Source: Octopus sinensis (taxonomy: Eukaryota). From it: a stretch of 64,000 nucleotides of DNA. The stretch spans positions 186,001-250,000 of the forward strand of contig NC_043000.1 of the NCBI RefSeq assembly GCF_006345805.1, given 5' to 3'. A model generated the notes under the pieces. It was given only the letters and a program-made list of their open reading frames with translations, did no database searches and was not told the origin of the DNA. Made by a program: the position numbers and the translations under genes. The first letter of the stretch is position 1. Each line of letters starts with the position of its first letter. This document shows positions 14,560-28,100 of this stretch, one piece after another.

Positions 14560-17500
14560 ACTTTGATACTTTGATACTTTGATAGGTTTCGGCCATTATT
14601 GGCCCAGGCCATGTCTAACTTAATAGCACCACCTGGTGAAGTCTTTCAAGTCAGAATTTTGGCACTATGGCCCACTCAAGTAGAGAGTTATTGTTTACAG
14701 AGACATATCCGGGTGTAGGGGGTTTATCCGGGATTTCTTGAAGGAATCTGTCCAAAGACTTCTTGAACCCTATAGGGTCAGTTTCTGTTTTAATGTGTTT
14801 TGGTGTAATGTTAAAGAGAGCGGGGCCAATTGAGGTGAAATAATTGTGCCGTATTGTTGTTATGAGATGAGAGTGCGATTTTTGTTTTGGGCGGATGGCA
14901 CGGGGCCCAAGCCTTGAATGTACCTTAAAGGTGATGCCAACATCATTTGGGCAATGCTGATGGAATATTTTCCACATCATGCAGATGATGTAGCGCTCAC
15001 GACGACGTTGGAGAGAATAGAGTTTTAGCTTTTCTAGTCGAACCCAATAGTCGAGGCCTGTCATGCCATCTATCTTTTTTGTGATTGCCCTTTGAGGTGC
15101 TTCAACTTTTATGATACCTTGTATTGTGTGGGGAGACCACAGTGGACAACAGTATTCAAGGTGGGGTCGGGCAAAAGTGGAGAGAAGAGAAGGATAATGG
15201 TGTGGATATCTCTCGACTGGAAAGTTCTGAGAATCCAGGAACACATTCTGCGGGCCATGTCAACTTTGGTGTTTATATGAGTGGCCCAGCTTACGTTGTT
15301 GTCCACAATTACTCCCAAGTCTCTGATGTTGTTGGACGCCGCGAGAGTTTCACCTGAAGGAAGGGAGTATGGGAGTTTCAGGGCATCCTCTTTTCCAAAG
15401 TGGATTAGCTCAAATTTATCCTCGTTCAGCAGCATATTGTTTTTTCTGCCCATTGGATAACAGCCAGTAGATCTGACTGAAGGCATGTCCGGTCACTCGC
15501 CTCATTTATGACCTTCTGTAGCTTGGAGTCATCTGCAAAGATTTTTATGTGCTGTGCTTGATGATGTCATTAATGTCATTAATGTAAATGATGAAAAGAA
15601 GTGGGCCCAGCACAGTGCCTTGCGGAACGCCACTACTGACTTTGGCTGGGCTTGATTTTACCCCTTCAACTACAACATGTTGAGATCTGTCTGTCAGGAA
15701 ACACTTAATCCATTTCAGTAACTTTCCAGAGACACCAATGTTGGATAGTTTTTTCAATAGGATCTTGTGATCAACCCTGTCGAAGGCCTTACTGAAATCA
15801 AGGTAGATGACATCGGTGTTGGAGCCCTCTCCCAAAGCTCTCAAAATGTCCTCAAAGTGATGCAGGAGCTGCGTTAGGCAGTCCCTTCCATTACGGAACC
15901 CATGTTGGTTGGAGATCAGCCGTATGTTGCTTTCCAGAAATTGGGTTATTCGAGATCTCACCACCCTCTCAAATACCTTGATGATATGAGAGGTGAGTGA
16001 GATCGGACGGTAATTCACTGCAAGGGACTTGTTTCCCTTTTTGAAAACTGGGACAACAGACTGGTACAGAAGGTTTTTTGGAATATAGCCAGCATCCAGT
16101 GAGTTTCTCCACAGATTAGCAAGGGGAGATGCAAGTTGGTGTCGACACACCTTCAGGACACAAGCAGGGAACCTATCGGGGCCTACTGCTGAATTGTGTT
16201 TTATTTCGTTTATCGCCGCTAAGACATCAGGGGCACTAAACGTTATGTCCGATATAGTGTGTTGGGGGTTGACATCACTGATACAGCCCAGATCGGCCAT
16301 ATCAGGATTGCTGAAAATAGAGCAGTATTGTTTCTGCAGTATCTCGGACATGGATTTGGCATTATCTTGGAGAGTGCCAGTTTCGTCAATTAGAGGGCCT
16401 ACAGTGGAGACAGTGACCCTGCGTTTCCTCGCAAATGAAAAAAACACTTTGGGGTTGAGTTTGATTTTTTCAATGGCCCACTTCTCCTCAGCTGATCTTT
16501 GGTTATTGATGAGGGTCTTCATGCATTGTTGGAGGTTATATTTTTTGGATTCAAGCAGTGCGATAGCCGTCGAATGTGTGTGTTGCTGTTGGCAGTACTT
16601 TAGTTTGTTAATTTTTTTGTTTGTTCTTTTTATTTTTCTGATAATGGTTTTTCTGTTTTGGGGGATTCTGCACTTTTTGTTCACAGGTCTTGGTGGGAAG
16701 TGTTTTGCACATATGTCTGTGACGGTGTCTACAAAGATCTGCCAAGATGTTTTATGGTTGGTGGAGATGTGTGTATGTGTAAAGGACCAGTCAACATTTG
16801 ATAGCTCGTTCCTGATTGCATCCCAGTTGGCTTTATGGAGATCCATGTTGTCAAATGGGTGGGCTGGAGGAAGGTCACTAGGATTAGCTTTCGGCTGGTG
16901 GAATTTCATGTTACAGAGAACCATGTCATGGTCTGAAAGAAGGGTTTTTTCCACGGTAACGTTATGTATAGTGTTAGTGTGGTTACTAAACACTAGGTCC
17001 AAAATGTTCTGATGTCTTGTTGGTGCAAGGACAAGTTGGGACAAGAAAAACTCATTCGTAAAGTCGAAAAGTGACTCTGCTGCTTCTTTGTCAGCGGTTG
17101 AGGCGGGAGTGCTTGGTTTCAAACAGTTTGTAGTCCAGTCAACACAGGGTAGATTGAAGTCTCCCATCATGAGTATGTTGCTAGAATGGCACTGTTGAAT
17201 AAAGCACTTAATGCTGTTGAGGCATTCTTTAAAGCACAGTATGGGTGTTTGGGGCGGCCTATAGAGCCCAATTACTGTCAGGTCATTGGCTTTGTTGTGC
17301 ACGGTGACTGATTCACAGTAGCCGTTGGAGAATATACTATTTCCATCTGCCGTAAATGAATCATGCAGGAAAATGGCAGTTCCACCCTTCCTCCTGCCGA
17401 TACGATCCGCGCGGATGGTTGTGAAATTCTTCACTCTCACTTCGGCTTCCAAGTGGGAGTTGTCAAGGTGGGTCTCAGTGAGAATGAAGAAAGGGATGTG

Positions 17501-17716
17501 GTGTGAATGGTTACCAACCCAGTCTTCAATGAATTGGACCTTCCATTTTTGTGCATTGATGGAAGGGCTGACACCTTGTGCATTGAGTAGGAATGTGGAG
17601 GTTAGTGTAGTGGCTGGTTTTGACTGTTGCAGGGGGCTTGGATTTTTTGTGTGTGTTAGTGGCAGCAATGTGGGGAATTGGTGCACTGGGGTAATAGCAT
17701 AGGATGGTGTTGAGTG
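14560..17716 (-). mobile_element. CR1-type LINE, near-complete ORF2 (APE endonuclease + reverse transcriptase), two 1-bp frameshifts
   Basis: EN motifs LTETHL, GLYRPP, MGDFNLP, LDLVFSN, SDHDMV. RT motifs YRPISLTS, QHGFR, YLDFSKAFDRVDH, GVPQGTVLGPLLF, then FADD after a frameshift at ~15546 and LEYCCPLWSP after one at ~15181. 3' tail (TATCAAAG)3; (TA)n on both flanks. Confidence 0.95.
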
Positions 17717-17800
<84 letters not shown>

Positions 17801-17860
17801 CAAACCTGAGGCGTTAGAATAATGTAAAAATAAGAACCAAGGTTAAGAAAATCACGTTCG

Positions 17861-18760
17861 CATTTATATTTACTCAGCCCTAGCACCAACATGCATGAAT
17901 TTCTCCAAGAGTATATTCAAAACATCAAGCATATCAAAGATATATAGATATATAAAAATATAGAGAGTTATCAATACATTAAAAATATACATATAAAAGT
18001 ATATAAATATATGTATATATACATTAAAAATATATTGAAAAAATAAATACATATATAGATCAACTTATAGATTACAAAACGAAGCCAGTTAATAATTCTA
18101 CAGCCGTTCCTGGGGGTCCGGTTGTCCAGTCAAATAAGATATATTTACATTCATTATTGGACACCACCTCCTTCATCAGGGTAAATAAATTTCTAAAAAG
18201 GCTTATATGTAGGAGGTGGTGTCCAATAATGGATGTAAATGTCTTTTTATATAACTGGACAACCGGAACCCCAGAGGCGGCTGCAGGTTTATTAACTGGC
18301 TTAGTATCACCCAAACTTTTTATATTATAAACTCTTGCCTCTTTTTATGACTTCATTTTATAACCTGTAAGTCGACCTATATATGCATTCATTTTTTTCG
18401 ATATATTTTTAATATATTTATTTTTAATATGTTTTAAGGCGGCGAGCTGGCAGAAACGTTAGCACTCCTGGTGAAATGCTCAACGTATCGGGCAATAAGC
18501 GTATCTGAGTTCAAATTCCACTGAGGTCGACTTTGCCTTTCACCCTTTCGGGGTCGATATTTTAATTACCAGTTGCGTAATGGGGTCGATCTAATCGACT
18601 GGCCCCTCCCCAAATATTTTGGACCTAGAGTAGAAAGGAATATATTTTTAATATAGTGATTACTCCATATATTTTTCTGTATCTATATATGTTTGATGTA
18701 TTGAATATACTTTTGGAGAAATTCATGCATTTTGGGTCAAGAAATGAATAAATATAAATG
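17861..18760. repeat. Large fold-back: ~310 bp inverted arms, SINE-A inserted in the right arm
   Basis: 17861-18172 is the reverse complement of 18209-18760 once 18436-18643 is removed. The innermost arms pair clearly. Confidence 0.75.
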
Positions 18761-19091
18761 TATATGTGCATTTGATTTGCCTAACTTCTACATTGTATGT
18801 ATGTGTGTGTGTGTGTGTGTGTGTGTATGTCTATGTATGTGTGTGTGTGTGTCTCGACAAACATACGTATGTAAGTGTGTATGTATATAAATCAACACGC
18901 CCAGGAATTAACTACAATGATATCCATTTGTGGCAGCTGGTAGCATCACGAGTTTTACCTACGAACATAGTCATTTGCGTACCAAGAAATACAAGAAGAA
19001 ATGTTTAGGTGAGGTGCATCGTTTATTTCTTGCTCTCTCGATATATATATATACACATACTCAATGTCTATCTATCTATCTATCATCTATA

Positions 19092-19160
<69 letters not shown>

Positions 19161-20217
19161 GTCTATCTATCCATATATCTCTCTGCATATAGCTAGCTAT
19201 ATAGGAGTACATATGTGTACATATATACAAACCTACATGATAGCTGTTTACCATCTACGGTGACAGATGTCTTCAGTCCATTACGAGTATTTCATTGAGT
19301 ATTTTCTCCTTTGGAGTTACGACCGAATATACAGGTGTTGTTAGAAAGCAAGCTATAATCTTTTTAATGTGAGTAGTAAAAGGTCTTTTACAGTGTCAGT
19401 CCCACTCTCTAAACAGCCTGTGTATCTCTCTCTCTCTCTCTTTATATATATATTTATACTTACATATAAGAGAGAGGGTACGTACGCCGCTATATATATA
19501 TAGGCATAGGAGTGGCTGCGTGGTAAGTAGCTTGCTTACCAACCACATGGTACCAGGTTCATTCCCACTGCGTGGCACCTTGGGTAAGTGTCTTCTACTA
19601 TAGCCTCGGACCGACCAAAGCCTTGTGAGTGGATTTGGTAGACGGAAACTGAAAGAAGCCCGTCGTATATATGTATATATATATATATATATATGTGTGT
19701 GTGCGTGTTTGTGTGTCTGTATCGCTTGACAACCGACGCTGGTGTGTTTATGTCCCCGTTACTTAGTGGTTCGGCAAAAAGAGACCGATAGAATAAGTAC
19801 TAGGCTTACAAAGAATAAGTCCTGGGGTCGATTTGCTCGACTAAAAGGTGGTGCTCCAGCATGGCCACGGTCAAATGACTGAAACAAGTAAAAGAGTAAA
19901 AGAATATATAAATTATATATTAATAATAATATTAGGGAGTAAATTCAAACTTACAGGGAAAAATTAGATTTAGGATTAAATCTAATTTTACAGTATAAAT
20001 ATATATATATATATATTAAATTAGAGATTTAAATTTAAATAATTTAAATTTTGAATTTTATATTTTATATATTTTGTAACTTTAAATTTAAATAATTAAA
20101 ATAATTTAAATTTTGAATTCTATATTTTATATATTTTGTATATTATATTAATTAATCTATTTCTATGTTTGGTTTATGTTTTTTACTGTTTGATTTGCCT
20201 AATAGTGGTTTTATCTC

Positions 20218-20294
<77 letters not shown>

Positions 20295-20524
20295 AACTGG
20301 GACAAGAACGCAAAACATTTAGGAGACGATACAAAAAAGCACGGACGGGACATCCGAAGCCTTCAATCTTCAGTCAAGAACCGGATCATCCTCGCAATTT
20401 CGGCTGATTAATCTTGAGATTGCTCCATTTTGGCCAGCGCCAAGGAAAAACTAAGCTAAGCGCATTAGATTCCTTGGAAGAAAGCTTCGAATGTTTACAA
20501 AACAAGGACGGAAAAACATCGTAA

Positions 20525-20715
20525 AATTGTGGTTTCGATTCCTGGATCGGACAACGCGTTGTGTTCTTGGGCAAAACACTTCATTTCACGTTGCTCCAGT
20601 CCACTCAGCTGGCAAAAATGAGTAATCCTGCGATGGACTGGCGTCCCGTCCAGGTGGGAAATATGTACGTCATAGACTCCGGGAGTCCGTATGAGTCGAG
20701 AAGGTAACTTTATTT
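20525..20715 (+). mobile_element. SINE-E, partial (CORE-like domain + cctgcgatggactggcgtcccgtccagg tail)
   Basis: Shares gttgtgttcttg..caaaacactt..atttcacgttgctccagtccactcagctg with the copies at 42402, 54792 and 57294. Confidence 0.7.
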
Positions 20716-20992
20716 TAATTTACCTGCCTATAAAGACATGCCAGTTTACATCATGGGATGCAAACAAAGTCGTGGGTATTACACCAGAGGTTTCCTTCCT
20801 CCAGAGAGATGTCGAAACAAAGACTAGAACTTTTTTCACTCCTAGTTATTAGACTGACATTGATTCTAATGAGTACATCTGTTTATAGTTTATCATTATT
20901 ATTATTGACCGAAAACTTCGATGGGGTGCAGAATTCGAAAATCAAATTCATTTTTCTCGAAAACGCACTGTTTCAGAGCCTTTCGGTGACAC

Positions 20993-21026
<34 letters not shown>

Positions 21027-22751
21027 GCGCACACACACGCACACACACACACACACGCACACTCACACATACAGTGTCATTCAAAAAATTGATGTCATAT
21101 TCTGCCCTCAGACACACTGCAGGTCGAGGATTGAACTTCAGTCATTGCTATCACGCAGGCTTTTATTTAGGTGTAGCGTATCAAGGACTGGAAGATGTGA
21201 CTTGAAGGAGATTTAGCTGCTATTTCTAACTTGGTAATCGACTATATAAAGCACCATCAACCTCGATGACAGTGTTGAGGAATTTATACGTCATGGAAGT
21301 TAGGAAACCGTACCTTATGAGTCGGTATGACACGAAAAGGTAACTTTACCTTACTTTACCTGCCTATAAAGACATACCAGTTTATACCATGGGATGCGTA
21401 CAAAGTCGTGGGTATTACACCAGAGGTTTCCTTCCACCAGAGAGATGTCTAAACAAAGACTAGAGTATTTTCACTCCCAATTATTGGAATGACATTGTCT
21501 CTAATGAGTACATTTGTCCTTTGAAAGGTTTTGCTTTTCATCCTCCTTTCCAAGTTGTTTTGTCGGTGTCAGCCCGATTTGTAACTGGTTGTAGTGGCTT
21601 ACATGGTACCAGTCTCACCAAGGCTGACCTGATATAACATACATACATACACATGCGCAGGAGTGGCTGTGTGGTAAATAGCTTGCCTACCAACCACATG
21701 CTTCCGGGTTCAGTCCCACTGCGTGTCACCATGGGCAAGTGTCTTCTACTATAGCTTCGGCTTGACCAAAGCCTTGTGAGTGGATTTGGTAGACGGAAAC
21801 TGAAAGAAGCCAGTCGTATATATATATATGTTTGTGTGTCTGTGTTTGCCCCCCCCCCCCACTCAACATCGCTTGACAACCGATGGTGGTGTGTTTACGT
21901 CCCAGTCACTTAGCGGTTCGGCAAAAGAGACCGATAGAAAAAGTACTTGCCTTAGAAAGAATAAGTCCTGGGGTCGATTTGTTCGACTAAAGACGGTGCT
22001 CCAGCATGGCCACAGTCAAATGACTGAAACGAATAACGTAGAGAAAAATACATACATGCATACATACATACATACATACATACATACATACATACATACA
22101 TACATACATACATACATACATACACACACACACATACATACATATATACAAACATATTCACACAAGTGGAATTATCACAAGTTCCATCCGCAAAATTTTC
22201 ACTCAGAAAGCATTGGTCGAACCGAAAAATTTGTTGAAGACATTACCCTAAGCTATCTTCAAGGAATACCTCGATTCGACTAATGCCTTGTGAGTGAAAA
22301 TTTAAAGGATGAAATTTGTGCTAAATTCACTAGTATGAATATGCATGTATGTATGTGTATATGTATGTAAGTATTATGTATCTATGTTTATATATGTATG
22401 CAGCCATTGTGCATACATTATGCATAAATTATGTGTGTCCATTGGGACTAAAAACGAAACCACATGGTTTAAAACCGAATTTGTGAATCATACAGTCTTC
22501 GCCAACCATTTTCGATATCTCCAGCTAGCACTGTTTAACATTGTGTATATACTTGCTTGCAATCATGAATTATGAATTTCAGTGTTATGCACTGCATCGT
22601 TGACACGGATATCCAGAGTCGACGCACAAATGCAAATATTTGTTATTTCTTAAAATTGATATATCAGAGTTTTAGCAGCCATTGTACTTTATGTAGATGT
22701 TACTTAAAAAAGATGTACAGATGCTAAAGAGGTATGCTTGTAATTTTACAG

Positions 22752-22828
22752 GTTGAAAATGTATTTTGCATTCTGTATCATTATGGCAATATCAGTGATG
22801 ATTGATATAGCATCACCCATGCCTCAAG
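22752..22828 (+). CDS. Candidate coding exon of a secreted peptide/protein (signal peptide MYFAFCIIMAISVMIDIASPMPQ-)
   Basis: Acceptor ttttacag|G at 22751, ATG at 22759, hydrophobic run, donor CAAG|gtaagt at 22828/9 (phase 1), in non-repetitive sequence. No homology recognised. Confidence 0.4.
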
Positions 22829-24530
22829 GTAAGTAACACATTTGCACATTATCCAAATGTTCTTTTCGTTCACCTCATGATAGTAGACCTATATTTGATT
22901 ATGATAGTAGACCTGTATTTGATTATTAAATGTACAGCATATATGGTGTATAGAATATATAATCGCTTATCATATATTAGAGAATATATGATATAAACAC
23001 AAACAATTTTACAATCAGCCAAATTCTGTGGTAATATCTGTGAGCCACGTTTAAACACATTCAACGAATACACCGTGTTTTTATAGCAGATATACAGCTT
23101 ATAATAGAGACCTTCCATTGACATTGCTCTTGCATCTTCTCCTTTGTCCTGTTCTTGCCGCTAAGGCTATCATCTTTACGACATGTTCTCTTCAGAAGTT
23201 CCACAGAATTCAACAGTACGTTATAGCGAGCGTACTTTCGCTTGGCTGTGACTCTCGAAGACATAGAAGCTGTCAGACACAGAGTTTTGCGTTTACAGCT
23301 CGTTAACAGACAGAAGCATCATTATTTTGAGCCGTAAACACAAAAATCATGTCACTACCAGCTTCTGCATCATTCAAAGGTATAGCCAAATGAAATCACA
23401 CCCGTTTAAAACGTACTCGCTGATTCAAAGGGTTCACAGAAGCTACTTCAAGAAATGGAAATACTCGACAGTGTGTTCTGCTCCAAACATGCAGCCATTC
23501 TATCCTATTATCTACCCAACTATCAATGCTGATTTTCATATCATGAATGTGATGGAAATCACGATAAATACTGGTTTCTCTCAAGACATCCAGTATATCT
23601 TAAATCTTCTAAGACAATTTGTGCAATCGTAACTACTGGAGACTCACTTTGCTATGTCGCTTCAATCAGCGCAAGCCATTTTTGCAGAGAGTAACTTCTT
23701 TATCACAGTTCACAACCGCCATATATAACCCACACTCAGTACTGGGAATAATGAAATAGTCTTTAAAAGAACCATCTTCGTAACAGTAGCTTATTTTGTC
23801 ATTGATATCAACCAATAATTAATTTTCTATGAAAACATTGATAATGAAATAAGATTTGGTGGACGAGAGATCCACCAAAATTTGGATCTTATGCTATAAA
23901 ATAAAACACGTAAACCTTGGGAAAGTTTATTGAAAGTAAATTTCTACTCATATCATTAAAATGTTCAATTATGTCTTGCATCGCTATAACCCCACCATTA
24001 CCTTTCCAATTCTTGCACGCGATAATTTGCTCATTCTTTTCTCTTAAAACTGTTACTTTCTGGAATTCCTTCTCTTCTCATCTTTCTTAGAGATATCAAT
24101 CCGTAAAAATGCTTATTTAGTTACCCCTGCTGGTAACTTATTATGTATTGGTTTGAGAAAATAAATTAGATTTCTAAATTGACATAATTTTCATTTACAT
24201 TTTGAAATATTGATTTCTACACGTTAGACTTCTAATGTAACGCTCTGTCGTCCATGCATTTGTCTGATAAAGATCAACGTAAATAAAAGGATAGAGTTCA
24301 TACAAGCAAAGGTTTTGAATTAAGAAAAAGGAAACAGATTTAAAAGAATCGTGTGTGCGTGTGCGTGTGAGCGCGTGTGTATGTATGGTGTGTAACTGGC
24401 AGAATTGTTAAATTACCGGCCAAAATGCTTAGCGACATTTCGTCCGTCTGAGTTCAAATTCCGCCGAGATCGACTTTGCCTTTCATCCTTTCGGGGTCGA
24501 TAAAATAAATATCTGTTGTTGTAATCGACT

Positions 24531-24646
<116 letters not shown>

Positions 24647-25006
24647 AAAAAATAAACTAGTTAGGCAAACGTGTCTACAAAGTATAGTTACAAAGAGAAA
24701 CAAAGATGGAAGTTCATCTGTGTACCATAAAGCTACGAGATTGAATTAAACTTAGCAAAAGACTTAGACAAAAGCAGATAGGAAATGAATACCATGTACA
24801 TGTACTTTGAATTTTAAACACCATACACTGGCATTAAAGCGTCTATGTTATTTTCTAATTTTGGCAGACTTAACTGTTACGGATTGTTATAAAGAATGCA
24901 AAAACACTTTTCATCGTGAAGGTGAGGAGCAAATGAAAGAAACAAAGTTTTATTCTTTGAAGTGCCTTGTTTATTGCCGAACTTTTTAAACAGCTGTAAT
25001 TTATTA

Positions 25007-25038
<32 letters not shown>

Positions 25039-25212
25039 GGGTCAAGACCCCAAAGATCACTTCTGGATTGCCTATTCTCTATAAACTTTATGTATTTTAA
25101 GTGAAATATATAATTAAAATGAAATTCTTACTAGTCAGTTATAAATTTGTTCCGATTTCAATTACTTTATTCAAACAGAAATTTCAGAAGCATATATATA
25201 TATATGTATATA

Positions 25213-25264
<52 letters not shown>

Positions 25265-25309
25265 ATATATATATATATATATTATATATGTATATATATA
25301 TATATATAT

Positions 25310-25357
<48 letters not shown>

Positions 25358-25370
25358 GATATATATATAT

Positions 25371-25402
<32 letters not shown>

Positions 25403-25424
25403 GATATATATATATATATATATT

Positions 25425-25742
25425 ATTTACAGTTGACGGATGTTTGTCCTCATCTTGTTTGTTGTAAACAACTTTCGGCTGATATACCCTCTAGTCTTGA
25501 GGAAATGTCGAACCTGTGTTCTCATTCCTAAGGTATTTTTCGATGTTGTTGTTGATGTTATTATTATTATTATTATTATTATTCAGGTAACTGCCTGGAA
25601 TCGAACTCGGAATCTTTGGGCTTAGTAGCCCGCGATCTTAATCAATGCCCGTTGTGTTAACAACAAGCAAGATGCGGACAAATATCCGTCAATTGTAAAT
25701 AATGAAAATAATGTACATAAATTCCTCATCTCTTAAATATAG

Positions 25743-25746
<4 letters not shown>
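25425..25746 (-). mobile_element. SINE-C copy with HHR core deleted and an inverted copy of its own 3' end
   Basis: Same head and body as 40420-40798. 25432-25475 pairs with 25650-25697. Confidence 0.75.
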
Positions 25747-25809
<63 letters not shown>

Positions 25810-25815
25810 TATATT

Positions 25816-26185
25816 AAATTAGAGATAAAACCACTATTAGGCAAATCATACAATGAAAAACTTAAGCCAATACATAAGATTAATTAATTAAAATTATTTT
25901 AAATATATATCAAAATTATAAAAAAAAGATAATTAGTATAACACTACGATCGTTTCATGGCTGTCCAATTCTTAAAATTTCGAGTTACAGTCATTCTTCA
26001 GGTGATTAAAATATTTAACTTAGCGAGGTTTAATGTATTGGCTTAAGTTTTTCATTGTATGATTTGCCTAATAGTGGTTTTATCTCTAATTTAATATAAT
26101 ATAATATTTTACTATAAAATTGGATTCAATCCTAAATCTGATTTTTTCCCTGTAAGTTTGGATTTATTCCCTAATATTTTATTAT
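25816..26185. repeat. AT-rich element with perfect 59 bp inverted repeat (25816-25874/26034-26092); related pieces at 19925-20222
   Basis: aaattagagataaaaccactattaggcaaatcatacaatgaaaaacttaagccaataca and its exact reverse complement. The spacer holds a decayed CTGAAGA...GAAA motif on the minus strand. Confidence 0.75.
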
Positions 26186-26597
26186 ATATATATATATATA
26201 CATAATTTGAGGATGTGTCAACCTCATGAAGGGATGGCTGGATCCAAGGAAATACTGCTTCAATATCTAGTATTTTGGAGGAATGAAATTGCCTTAAAAC
26301 AATAGGTATATATTAAGCAAACAGTTTATGTCCAGTTAAAAGAAGAAAAGAAAATGGAGATAAGGAAGTTAGCAATTATTTATTATTAAGAAATTGGTCA
26401 GATTCGCTTCTTACAGACTTTTCAATTGATACTCAATAATTTAATTACAAATTTGTACGTTAAATTTATACCAACCACATGGTTCCGGGTTCAGTCCCAC
26501 TGCGTGGCACCTTGGGCAAGTGTCTTCTTCTATAGCCTCGGGCCGACCAAAGCTTTGTGAGTGGATTTGGTAGACGGAAACTAAAAGAAGCCCGTCG

Positions 26598-26628
<31 letters not shown>

Positions 26629-26658
26629 ATATATATATATATAATATATATATATATA

Positions 26659-26706
<48 letters not shown>

Positions 26707-28028
26707 TGTTTGTGTGTCTGTGTTTGTCCCCCTAGCATTGCTTGACAACCGATGCTGGTGTGTTTATGTTCCCCGTCACTTTGCGGTTCGGCAAAAGAGA
26801 CCGATAGAATAAGTACTGGGCATACAAAGAATAAGTCCCGGGGTTCGAGTTGCTCGATTAAAGGCGGTGCTCCAGCATGGCCGCATTCAAAATGACTGAA
26901 ACAAGTAAAAAGAGAAAAGAGAATATATTTAGTATAATTTCATCAGCGAGAAAAAATGGTGTACCCGGGGATGTTTGTATGTGGGCTTACCAATTCATTT
27001 CAACAGACAAAACGTTACGGTTTATTATTTGTATTATTATATACTCAAGTGAGGGCTTTAGATGTAAATTTAATATTTACTTAATATTTACTGAGTATTA
27101 ATTGAAGCGGCTGTAAATGAAGATGATTAATTTGCTGTTAATAACAATTATCAACTTCCTAATCTCCATTTTCTTCTTTTTCTTTTGAGTGGCTGTGTGG
27201 TAAGTAGCTTGCTAACCAACCACATGGTTTCGGGTTCAGTCCCACTGCATGGCATCTTGGGCAAGTGTCTTCTGCTATAGCCCCGGGCCGACCAATGCCT
27301 TGTGAGTGGATTTGGTAGACGGAAACTGAAAGAAGCCTGTTGTATATATGTATATTTATATGAGTATGTGTGTAAATGTTTGTGTGTCTGTGTTTGTCCC
27401 CCTAGCATTGCTTGACAACCGATGCTGGTGTGTTTACGTCCCCGTCACTTAGCGGTTCGGCAAAAGAGACCGATAGAATAAGTACTGGGCTTACAAAGAA
27501 TAAGTCCCGGGGTCGGTTTGCTCGACTAAAGGCGGTGCTCCAGCATGGCCGCAGTCAAATGACTGAAACAAGTAAAAGAGTAAAGAGTATATGTTTTATA
27601 TATATACTTCTTTTACTCTTTTACTTGTTTCAGTCATTTGACTGTGGCCATGCTGGAGCACCGCCTTTAGTCGAGCAAATCGACCGCAGGACTTACTCTT
27701 TGTAAGCCCTGTACTTATTCGATCGGTCACTTTTGCTGAACAGCAGAATTGTGAAGCGATGTTGGGGGTGACAAACACAGACACACAAACATATACACAT
27801 ACATACATATATATATATACATATATACGACGAGCTTCTTTCAGTTTCCGTCTACCAAATCCACTCAGAAGGCTTTGGCCGGCCCGAGTCTATAGTAGAA
27901 CGCACTTGCCCAAGGTGCCACGCAGTGGGACTGAACCCGGAACCATGTGGTTGGTATAAATTTAACGTACAAATTTGTAATTAAATTATTGAGTATCAAT
28001 TGAAAAGTCCTACGCCTAAGTTAACTAG

Positions 28029-28100
28029 CCTCCCGGCGGGGAATCGAACCGCGGTCTCCCGCGTGACAGGCGGGGATACTTACCACTATACTACCGAGGA
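28029..28100 (-). tRNA. tRNA-Asp(GTC), possibly a pseudogene
   Basis: tcctcggtagtatagtggtaagtatccccgcctgtcacgcgggagaccgcggttcgattccccgccgggagg. C:C mismatch in the T-stem and one G missing from the acceptor 3' strand; TTTT lies ~20 nt downstream. Confidence 0.85.

Noticed and set aside
14585-14625. ggcc-aataat-ggcc-GAAAC in the CR1 3' UTR as a hammerhead
   Set aside because: No CUGANGA-type core precedes the stem; better explained as the LINE 3' recognition stem-loop.
23118-23306. ORF with a signal-peptide-like start (LTLLLHLLLCPVLAAKA)
   Set aside because: No ATG start and only a weak acceptor; no recognisable homology. The region may be a decayed transposon, which I could not assign.
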